From IMG/VR virus record IMGVR_UViG_2703718859_000024: a DNA stretch of 7,944 bases; one strand, 5' to 3'. The stretch comes from a virus (taxonomy: Duplodnaviria; Heunggongvirae; Uroviricota; Caudoviricetes). Under the pieces are notes generated by a model, which was not told the DNA's origin, did no database searches, and was given only the letters and a program-made list of their open reading frames with translations. Of the stretch, positions 1-5,777 are shown one piece after another; the first letter of the stretch is position 1; each line of letters opens with the position of its first letter. The translations under genes were made by a program, and so were the position numbers.

Positions 1-40
1 ATGCTGGTTGATGTGGCGCTCTGTGGCGCTCGTTTTGGTG

Positions 41-68
41 TGCTGGTGGCGGGGGTCGAACCCGCATA
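41..68. repeat. Direct repeat copy 1 (28 bp), resembling a tRNA T-arm plus acceptor 3' strand on the minus strand; candidate att core
   Basis: tgctggtggcgggggtcgaacccgcata at 41-68 versus tgctggtggtgggggtcgaacccacata at 146-173, 26 of 28 identical. Minus-strand reading GCGGG-TTCGACC-CCCGC-CACCAGC-A is a perfect 5-bp stem, a 7-nt T-loop of canonical form, and a 7-nt acceptor 3' strand. Confidence 0.6.
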
Positions 69-122
69 CATGATCAGCCTGTACAGGCTGGCACCGACTC
101 TACCCGTTGAGCGTACACCAGC
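41..122 (-). other. tRNA-like cloverleaf (non-canonical; possible tRNA pseudogene or displaced att-associated remnant)
   Basis: Minus-strand 82 nt: GCTGGTG (1-7) pairs perfectly with CACCAGC before the discriminator A. D-arm-like GCTC-AACGGGTA-GAGT has the conserved GG. Perfect T-arm GCGGG/TTCGACC/CCCGC. The central arm is a perfect 16-bp palindrome CAGCCTGTACAGGCTG (plus 75-90) giving a 5-bp stem with only a 6-nt loop. There is one extra nucleotide after position 9, and the 3' end reads CAC rather than CCA. Confidence 0.25.
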
Positions 123-145
123 AAAAAAGCGATGAGGTTGTTGGC

Positions 146-173
146 TGCTGGTGGTGGGGGTCGAACCCACATA
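146..173. repeat. Direct repeat copy 2 (28 bp), a degenerate second copy of the tRNA 3'-end-like sequence
   Basis: Same 28-mer with two substitutions, 105 bp to the right of copy 1. Minus-strand reading GTGGG-TTCGACC-CCCAC-CACCAGC-A. The upstream tRNA-like body is more degenerate than in copy 1. Confidence 0.55.
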
Positions 174-318
174 AACATCCCGCTTTCTGGAAGCTATACA
201 AGCGGGTGCCGCTTTACCGATTAAGAGTACACCATACAGCCAGGCAAAATAGTAATCATGCGTTATGTGCGGGTAAAGTCTGTTTCGTCTGGTAGCACCA
301 GATGAACGGGTATCATTA

Positions 319-394
319 TTTCACCTGATTTCACGTGATTTCGCTTAATTTCACAAAAATCACCTTCTTTCACCTTCTTTCACCTTCTTTCACA
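319..394. repeat. Helically phased array of eight TTTCAC-type 10-bp repeats, including three perfect tandem copies of CACCTTCTTT
   Basis: TCAC/TCGC cores begin at 321, 331, 341, 351, 360, 370, 380 and 390, each exactly 10 bp apart; CACCTTCTTT x3 sits at 361-390. The array is bounded by A runs and lies in non-coding DNA between the tRNA-like repeats and the Mor-like gene. Confidence 0.6.
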
Positions 395-528
395 AAAAAA
401 CAAATCATCATTAAAGCGCCTGATTCGCTCTCTGATGCGTTTTGGTGTTTTGTGGCGTCCGTGATGCCCTGAAAGGGGATTTTTTGCGATAGCGGCGCAA
501 ATATAACGGTTGCTGCTGGTATCTGTGG

Positions 529-936
529 TTAGTCTTGCGTGATTTTATTGGCGTGCTTCTTTCTCAGGCGTCGTATGATGTCGTAAATATGGGTTTCGGA
601 TATTGCGTACTCTTTGCGTAATGTCTGCAATTTTTCGCCGTTATCCCACCTGTAGTAAATCTCGTATTCGCGCAATGCTGCGAAAAGTGATCTGCCTGTT
701 GGAAGGTAAAGACTTCGCCCACCAGCATAGAAGGCGATTGCAGCGACAACCCGCTTTGCGATTCTGAAAGCGTCTGCCTCCTCCATGCCATTACGGGTAA
801 GCTCCGCTACTGAATGCGACACGATATCAGCAAGCGAATCACACCATGCATCACCTGGTTTATCTCCGTTGTCTATGGCGTCGATGAATTTAAGCCGCTC
901 GATGTCTTTTGGTACGTGATGGGTTTGCTCGTTCAT
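529..936 (-). CDS. Mor/C-family transcriptional activator (Mu middle/late operon regulator family)
   Basis: 135-aa ORF, ATG at 936-934 preceded by AAGAGG, stop TAA at 531-529. The C-terminal half (AFYAGGRSLYLPTGRSLFAALREYEIYYRWDNGEKLQTLRKEYAISETHIYDIIRRLRKK) aligns motif for motif with the Mu Mor region as I recall it (...LGGGQVYIPRGQALDSLIRDLRIWNDFNGRNVSELTTRYGVTFNTVYKAIRRMRR): GG, Y-x-P-x-G, NG, and the terminal IRR-x-R HTH. Confidence 0.65.
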   Translation of the reverse strand: MNEQTHHVPKDIERLKFIDAIDNGDKPGDAWCDSLADIVSHSVAELTRNGMEEADAFRIAKRVVAAIAFYAGGRSLYLPTGRSLFAALREYEIYYRWDNGEKLQTLRKEYAISETHIYDIIRRLRKKHANKITQD

Positions 937-1049
937 CCGGTAGCCTCTTGCGTTGGTGTATCTGGTCCTACCAGTTTAATTTAACGTCGCAATAAAACGA
1001 TATACACGCACACAATCAGAAAAACCGTCTGACTGTTCCGGTCCTGTGC

Positions 1050-1322
1050 TTACTTCTGGTAGCTACGCCAGATTTTTTTACATCTCCCTCCTATCCCCAT
1101 TTCTGCGTATGTGCGGTTTACTGCTTTCCTCAGGTCTGCGTAGTTCTCCTCTGGCGGCTCCGGTGGCCTCTGTGCCTTCCCGTAACACTCTGCCCTGCGC
1201 ATTGCCACCCGTTCGCGTTCCCTGTCTGTCTCCACCAGCATCATCACTTCGGCCCATCGCGCCGCCGTTCTCCGGTAAAAGCCTTTCGACTCCAGTTCTT
1301 CCGCTATGCGGTCATGTACCAT
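1050..1322 (-). CDS. Hypothetical protein, about 90 aa (ORF-track entry 1050..1442 trimmed to the internal ATG)
   Basis: ATG at 1322-1320 preceded by GGGGAG about 5 nt upstream, starting 10 nt after the SSB stop (TGA 1335-1333). Stop TAA at 1052-1050. The longer form would overlap the SSB C-terminus by about 110 nt. No family recognised. Confidence 0.45.
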   Translation of the reverse strand: MVHDRIAEELESKGFYRRTAARWAEVMMLVETDRERERVAMRRAECYGKAQRPPEPPEENYADLRKAVNRTYAEMGIGGRCKKIWRSYQK

Positions 1323-1332
1323 CGTTCTCCCC

Positions 1333-1743
1333 TCAGAACGGAATATCATCACCATAAGGGTCATCGCCTCCCGCTGGTGGCTGATTACCCTGTGTGCCTG
1401 TGGTCCTGCGTCTGCTGCCACCTGGTTGCGCCGTTTTCGCACTGATTACGCTGTCTGCAATAACCTGATAACCCTGCCGCGTTTCCCCGTTCTGTCCGGT
1501 CCACTGGCTGACCTGCATCACGCCGGATACGCTGATTACGTTGCCTTTCTCATGGTGTGCCAGTTGGTCGGCCTGTTTGCCAAATGCCAGGACCGACAGC
1601 CATAACGTCGCCTGCCCGTCCTGCGCCTGACTGCATGGCAGTGATACCGCCATACGCGCCAGCGTCATCGGTGTGCCCTTACTGGTCTGTTTTGTCTGCG
1701 GGTCGTCAATCAGTCGCCCGTAAGCTGCTATCTGTGCTGTCAT
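1333..1743 (-). CDS. ssb: Single-stranded DNA-binding protein (SSB) with conserved acidic C-terminal tip
   Basis: 136-aa ORF, ATG at 1743-1741 preceded by GGAGAGGTGG. The N-terminal ~110 aa fit the SSB OB-fold pattern (AYGRLIDDPQ...LWLSVLAFGKQADQLA...KGNVISVSGVMQVSQWTGQNGETRQGYQVIADSV), followed by a Gly/Pro/Gln-rich linker and a terminal DDIPF identical to the bacterial SSB tail. Confidence 0.85.
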   Translation of the reverse strand: MTAQIAAYGRLIDDPQTKQTSKGTPMTLARMAVSLPCSQAQDGQATLWLSVLAFGKQADQLAHHEKGNVISVSGVMQVSQWTGQNGETRQGYQVIADSVISAKTAQPGGSRRRTTGTQGNQPPAGGDDPYGDDIPF

Positions 1744-1981
1744 GATTCCACCTCTCCGGTTTTAACGTTGATGGTTGTTACCTGTTCCGCTTCTGCAATC
1801 TCCCGCTCTGTCAGCGTGGTAAAGTTTGTCGCTGCTGTGCTCATGAATGCACTTATCAGCCAGGGGGCTTTCGCGTGTCTTTCTGCCGTGTTGTGGCCCT
1901 TCGTTCACGAGCAAAACACTTAAATAAAAATAAAGTGATTTTCTGTGTTTTCGTGCTGCTCTGCTCTGTTTTTTTTTGCCG

Positions 1982-2181
1982 TTTACTCACCACTACTCAC
2001 TTTTTTTACTCACTTTTTGGAATCGCTCACTTCGTCTCACCTGAGATTTTTGGTGTTTTTATGTGTATGTTTTATAAGTGGTTTTTTACTGCTCACTTTT
2101 TTGCCTATATACAGGTGAGAAAGTGAGTAATTTTGTTAATTTTTTGTAAAATTACTCACTTTACTCACTTTTGCTCCTCAC
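1982..2181. repeat. Iteron array flanking an A+T-rich stretch: putative replication origin
   Basis: Nine direct copies of the core CTCAC (mostly as TTACTCACTTT) starting at 1986, 1996, 2009, 2026, 2036, 2092, 2155, 2164 and 2177, plus two inverted copies (GTGAG) at 2115 and 2123. Several are about 10 bp apart. They flank a T-rich segment at about 2041-2090, directly downstream of the replication gene stop at 2186. Confidence 0.55.
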
Positions 2182-2185
2182 TTTT

Positions 2186-3583
2186 TTACAGCGGTACTAC
2201 GTCATCGCCGTCAATGCGTATAGTCTCGTCTTTCTCCAGTTTTGCTAACCATCGCCGCATGTTTTTCACGTCATACCCAAGCCGTTTCATGTCGTCGCGC
2301 AACAACGAAATAGTGCACTTGTCGCCGTGCTGTGTGCGTGACCGGATGCACCCCCATAGCGCGGTATGGTTTTCCGTCTTGTTCCCTGCCTCCTCGATGC
2401 GCTCCTGTTCAACGGGAGGACGCGGCTTATCAACCACCACCAGCGACGTAATTAACTCCCCGTCAGCGTCGGTAAAAAGCTCCACCACGCGTAAGTCATA
2501 TGCTGCTTCTTTGAGTTCCTCCGCGTCCTTCATTTTGGTACATGAGATAACCAGCGCTTCGCTGCCTGCGTCCTCCCTGCGTATCCGGTATTCGGCGTCC
2601 AGTGATGCACGAAATGCACTGGAACCGCGCGCGCCTTTCGTCTCATCCTTGCCGGAATGGTGAACCACCAGCACCGTGGCCCCTGTGCGCCGTTTAAGCT
2701 CGTCACACCCACGGATAAACGCCCCCATATCACGGGAATCATTTTCATCATTGCCGCCAAAGCAACGCGCCAGCGTATCCAGAATAATCATGCGTACAGG
2801 TTTACCCGTTTCCCGCTCCACCTGGCGGGCAGCGATAACCATTTCATCAACATCAAGCGGGACAGCCGGAAAGATGGGACGGTTTACCAGATACAGATTT
2901 TTCACCTGCTCACCGTGCACAACCTCCCAGGCTTTTACACGACGCGGAACGCCGATACCTCCTTCACCAACCACATAGAGAACCGCACCATGCGCCACCC
3001 TGCGGCCTCCCCACTGGCGCCCCGTGGAAACGTGACACGCCCACGAACCCGCAAGGAACGATTTATAGGAACCGCTCGCCCCGTATATGCTGCATAGCGA
3101 CGATGCCGGAATAATCCCCTTTACCACGTAATCAAGTTGTGTATCGTATCCGGCAGAACCAACGCTCATCGGTAGCTTTGTTTTGCGCTGGTGGCCTTTT
3201 TCTTCCTGCTTTTCCCCGCGCTCCCGTTCCAGATATTCGCGCCAGTTCTCCCGCTTCTGGCTGTGCATCCCATCGGGGTAATAATTCGCATCCTGTACAC
3301 CTGCCGCTGCCAGCTTGTGCGCAATGGCATTAATATTTGATGGTCTGATATGGCCTGCCTTGTACAGCCGGACGCAATAGCGGCCCTCGTCGATGATTCT
3401 CATGTCTGTCAGTTCTGCCAGTTGCTGCTCCCCAAGCCATACAGGTGGCACATTATCGCCAGCAAGTCGGCCCTCCTGCTCCTGCCACTGCTTCGCGTGT
3501 GCCCAGGCATCACTACCCGCAAAAATAATGACCTCGGTCATTTTGTCGTAAGGCTGTTTTTTTAAGTTCGGTGCGCTTTTCAT
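2186..3583 (-). CDS. Replication protein: primase/helicase-like with RecA-fold (RepA/DnaB-like, AAA_25-type) ATPase domain
   Basis: 465-aa ORF, ATG at 3583-3581, stop TAA at 2188-2186. Deviant Walker A YGASGSYKS, Walker B-like MIILDTLAR, and VLVVHHSGKD (the hhhHHxGK motif typical of RepA/DnaB-type RecA-fold ATPases). An iteron array lies immediately downstream. The C-terminal ~100 aa could be a DNA-binding domain; that is inference. Confidence 0.8.
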   Translation of the reverse strand: MKSAPNLKKQPYDKMTEVIIFAGSDAWAHAKQWQEQEGRLAGDNVPPVWLGEQQLAELTDMRIIDEGRYCVRLYKAGHIRPSNINAIAHKLAAAGVQDANYYPDGMHSQKRENWREYLERERGEKQEEKGHQRKTKLPMSVGSAGYDTQLDYVVKGIIPASSLCSIYGASGSYKSFLAGSWACHVSTGRQWGGRRVAHGAVLYVVGEGGIGVPRRVKAWEVVHGEQVKNLYLVNRPIFPAVPLDVDEMVIAARQVERETGKPVRMIILDTLARCFGGNDENDSRDMGAFIRGCDELKRRTGATVLVVHHSGKDETKGARGSSAFRASLDAEYRIRREDAGSEALVISCTKMKDAEELKEAAYDLRVVELFTDADGELITSLVVVDKPRPPVEQERIEEAGNKTENHTALWGCIRSRTQHGDKCTISLLRDDMKRLGYDVKNMRRWLAKLEKDETIRIDGDDVVPL

Positions 3584-3879
3584 TTCTTGCCCCTGAATGC
3601 GTTAATCATCTTTTTCATCTTCTGTATTTTTGCCAGTGCCTTTACGTTGCTGGTGGGCACGTTACGCGGTACCGCCTGCACCAGAGAAAAATCACGGGAA
3701 AACTGATAAACAGGCATCACGCAATCATATTCGTAGCCTTTACGGCGGTAGGTGACGCACCGCCCCGCCACGCCCTTAATCATTACCGTGCCGCCGTACT
3801 GGTCGCGGTAAATATCACCGCGCTTAAATTCAGGGCGAGGCTTGCCGCTGGCAGTTAAGCCAGTTTTTTTCATGTTCAT
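3580..3879 (-). CDS. Hypothetical protein, 99 aa, translationally coupled to the replication gene
   Basis: ATG at 3879-3877 with AAGGA about 9 nt upstream. Its stop TGA (3582-3580) overlaps the ATG (3583-3581) of the downstream replication gene in an ATGA arrangement. Basic protein, no family recognised. Confidence 0.5.
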   Translation of the reverse strand: MNMKKTGLTASGKPRPEFKRGDIYRDQYGGTVMIKGVAGRCVTYRRKGYEYDCVMPVYQFSRDFSLVQAVPRNVPTSNVKALAKIQKMKKMINAFRGKK

Positions 3880-3952
3880 TTTTTTATCCTTTGTTCTGGT
3901 CAGTTACGCCGTTGCTGCATAAATGCGGTTAGCTGTGACTGTCGTTGCCTTA

Positions 3953-4267
3953 TCACGAATGGCGATAATCAGTACTGATATCTCCGTTACGGCAACGCCA
4001 GTTGTACACCTCCACAACCTCACTGAATCCGGCCACAAGTTCAGCCGTAACAGCGATGGAATCGCCCAGGCTGCGCAGTTCGTCCATGTCAGGATCAATG
4101 CTGTCACTCATGCCAGAAAGTAAGCGCCCTGTGATAGCCAGCCCTTCAAGCAATTTGCGGGCGTAGAAGTCAGCATCATCAAACATCGCTCTCGCTTCCC
4201 GTGCGTCAGCTGCTTTTATGGTTGTAACCAGTTGTTCAAGTATTCTGGTGTTACACACATCACGCAT
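3953..4267 (-). CDS. Hypothetical protein, about 104 aa (ORF-track entry 3953..4297 begins at TTG; the internal ATG is preferred)
   Basis: ATG at 4267-4265 preceded by GGGGGGA and overlapping the stop of the 154-aa gene by 8 nt, the same geometry as the junction between the two paralogs. Stop TGA at 3955-3953. No recognisable motif. Confidence 0.45.
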   Translation of the reverse strand: MRDVCNTRILEQLVTTIKAADAREARAMFDDADFYARKLLEGLAITGRLLSGMSDSIDPDMDELRSLGDSIAVTAELVAGFSEVVEVYNWRCRNGDISTDYRHS

Positions 4268-4724
4268 GACGTCCCCCCTGACGAATACGGGCGACAAAAA
4301 TCAGATGGGTATGCGGAAGTTGTGCGCGGGTTTCGCGTTCTGTTGCTGCCGTGGCGGTAAAGGGTGAGGCTTGTTTTTCATGGCACTGCATAAAGCGCCA
4401 GACAAAGTAAGGGCGTGCGGATACAGCCATGTGAAAGGCTCCTGTAGTGAAATTAAGGAGTCTCGCTACTACGCTGCTAAACATGGTGGCGAGACGTAAC
4501 GGGGTTAGCAGACTGGCACTACAGGAACCAGCGAGCGCAAAGGCTCCCCCGTTACGCCCCGCCATAATGCGGGTATGGGTAGGTTTACGGACGCAAAAAA
4601 ACCGCATATCGGAATGTAAGCGGCTGTCCGCTGTAGTATTCAGGCTGCTAAACCCGGTCGCCATGTGGGCGACTCCGGCATCATACAGCCCGAAAGAAGA
4701 GGCGATCAACATGTTTTTAAGCAT
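4260..4724 (-). CDS. Hypothetical protein, 154 aa; downstream member (A) of the tandem paralog pair
   Basis: ATG at 4724-4722 preceded by GGGGGTGAG and overlapping the 3' end of the upstream paralog by 8 nt; stop TGA at 4262-4260. C-terminus ...FVWRF...TERETRAQ...IFVARIRQGGRHA parallels ...FIWRF...TEREARNR...VFAARIRQGVSHA of the 181-aa protein. Confidence 0.5.
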   Translation of the reverse strand: MLKNMLIASSFGLYDAGVAHMATGFSSLNTTADSRLHSDMRFFCVRKPTHTRIMAGRNGGAFALAGSCSASLLTPLRLATMFSSVVARLLNFTTGAFHMAVSARPYFVWRFMQCHEKQASPFTATAATERETRAQLPHTHLIFVARIRQGGRHA

Positions 4725-5262
4725 GACTCACCCCCTGACGAATACGGGCAGCGAATACAGCGACACAACCGGACGGGCAACGGTTACGCGCTTCGCGTTC
4801 CGTCCAGGCGGTTACGTGGATAATTTGACGTTCTGACGTGCCAAAGGTGATAAAACGCCAGATAAAGGCAGTCTGAGAATGTACGAGGGCTGGGGTAGTA
4901 GCCATGATGGCAGCCTCCTTTATCGTTGGGATATACCCACCGCTGGAGGTTCCAATCTCGCTGGCGGTGGACTGCACGGAGTTGGAACTACTGGCGATAA
5001 AGGAAACCAGCCTGACCGAAGTCAGCCCCATACAGCCCACCATTGATAAGGTGTGCGTGTGCGCCGATACAAAAAAAGACGCGTTCGGCGTCTGTATCGC
5101 CTTTATCTCCAGCGGGGTTCCAATCCCGACACCCGTTTTATAAGGTGCGCGGGAATCATAGCCATTTTTGATACTGGCGATCAACTGATTTTCTCTGGCG
5201 GGTATTTGGCGCGGATGCCTGTTGCCTGTGACAATATGCACACGACTGTATACAATACACAT
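4717..5262 (-). CDS. Hypothetical protein, 181 aa; upstream member (B) of a tandem paralog pair
   Basis: ATG at 5262-5260 preceded by AAGGAG at about 8-nt spacing; stop TAA at 4719-4717. Homologous over its length to the next gene (shared N[MQ]LIAS, YD, FF, THT, WRF, TERE and C-terminal ARIRQG..HA). The corresponding plus-strand ORF is not preserved in the other copy. Confidence 0.5.
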   Translation of the reverse strand: MCIVYSRVHIVTGNRHPRQIPARENQLIASIKNGYDSRAPYKTGVGIGTPLEIKAIQTPNASFFVSAHTHTLSMVGCMGLTSVRLVSFIASSSNSVQSTASEIGTSSGGYIPTIKEAAIMATTPALVHSQTAFIWRFITFGTSERQIIHVTAWTEREARNRCPSGCVAVFAARIRQGVSHA

Positions 5263-5436
5263 CGGTTAACTCCTTATATTACGTTAATGGCCCGTAGTGT
5301 TATTGCATTGCGGGTATTTTTTTACCTGCCGTTAATTGAATGCGGCAAGGCATCACGATGGTTAACCCGTTTTGCATAACGTGAGGCGTTTTATTTTCTG
5401 CGCTGGTGGCTTTTATATGTCACACATGGAAATTTA

Positions 5437-5640
5437 TTATTCCTGCTGATAACGCTCCTCTACTTTCTTCTCAAGCCATGATTTCACCTCATCCTCAAAC
5501 CAGCCAACGCGACGCAATCCACGCTTAAAGCCAGGAATAAACTCACCAGCCTTAACCATTGTGTCAATGCTTGTTGTACTAAGGCGAAGAAGATTTGCGA
5601 CTTCTCGTTTTGTAAGGATTTTCTTTTCTGTGATGTTCAT
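5437..5640 (-). CDS. alpA: AlpA-family phage transcriptional regulator / excisionase-like HTH protein
   Basis: 67-aa ORF, ATG at 5640-5638 preceded by AAGGAAAG RBS, stop TAA at 5439-5437. Sequence ...LLRLSTTSIDTMVKAGEFIPGFKRGLRRVGWFEDEVKSWLE matches the AlpA/Xis-type pattern (HTH then conserved VGW...E...WL). Confidence 0.75.
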   Translation of the reverse strand: MNITEKKILTKREVANLLRLSTTSIDTMVKAGEFIPGFKRGLRRVGWFEDEVKSWLEKKVEERYQQE

Positions 5641-5730
5641 GCTTTGCTTTCCTTTTGTTTCAGGCGATAACTTGCCTAAACTTGCTTAAGGATATGCAAA
5701 CATGGTTAATGTCGGTATTGCGCAATATTA

Positions 5731-5756
5731 CGAAAAAAGCCCGTAATATTACGGGC
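5731..5756 (-). terminator. Rho-independent terminator candidate after the 298-aa gene
   Basis: Perfect 18-bp palindrome GCCCGTAATATTACGGGC at 5739-5756, followed on the minus strand by a run of six T (plus-strand A run 5733-5738). It lies about 20 nt downstream of the stop at 5778. Confidence 0.5.
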
Positions 5757-5777
5757 GGTCATGTGTTCAGAAGTCTG

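Noticed and set aside
107-295. Plus-strand 62-aa ORF in the left repeat region
   Set aside because: It overlaps the tRNA-like direct repeat and has no RBS; most likely a chance ORF in non-coding DNA.
361-390. Possible CRISPR array (three identical 10-bp tandem repeats)
   Set aside because: The repeats are far too short, abut each other with no spacers, and there are no cas genes; they are better explained as phased protein-binding sites.
467-486. Plus-strand terminator-like hairpin CCCTGAAAGGGG followed by a T run
   Set aside because: The stem is only about 4 bp and no plus-strand gene is evident upstream; too weak to call.
564-791. Minus-strand 75-aa ORF nested inside the Mor-like gene
   Set aside because: It is an alternative frame wholly inside a gene with a recognisable family motif.
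1875-2126. Plus-strand 83-aa ORF across the iteron region
   Set aside because: It lies entirely within the repeat-rich, T-rich putative origin; the translation is low-complexity with no start signal.
2186-2400. Toprim/primase catalytic domain in the N-terminus of the 465-aa protein
   Set aside because: I could not identify the conserved acidic Toprim motifs with confidence by eye; only the RecA-fold ATPase domain is supported, so the primase label is tentative.
2133-3097. Plus-strand ORFs 2133..2663, 2657..3097 and 2676..2978
   Set aside because: They are antisense to the well-supported 465-aa replication gene, lack convincing ribosome-binding sites, and have Ser/Arg/Pro-rich composition typical of wrong-frame translation.
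3953-4297. Full 114-aa ORF starting at TTG (4297)
   Set aside because: The internal ATG at 4267 has a G-rich SD and reproduces the 8-nt overlap seen at the paralog junction; the TTG start has no comparable signal. The longer form cannot be excluded.
4447-5143. Plus-strand ORFs 4447..4836 (129 aa) and 4904..5143 (79 aa)
   Set aside because: The frame equivalent to 4904..5143 hits an immediate stop (atg tga at about 4438) in the other paralog copy, and 4447..4836 straddles the junction between the two paralogs. The minus-strand frame is the one conserved in both copies.
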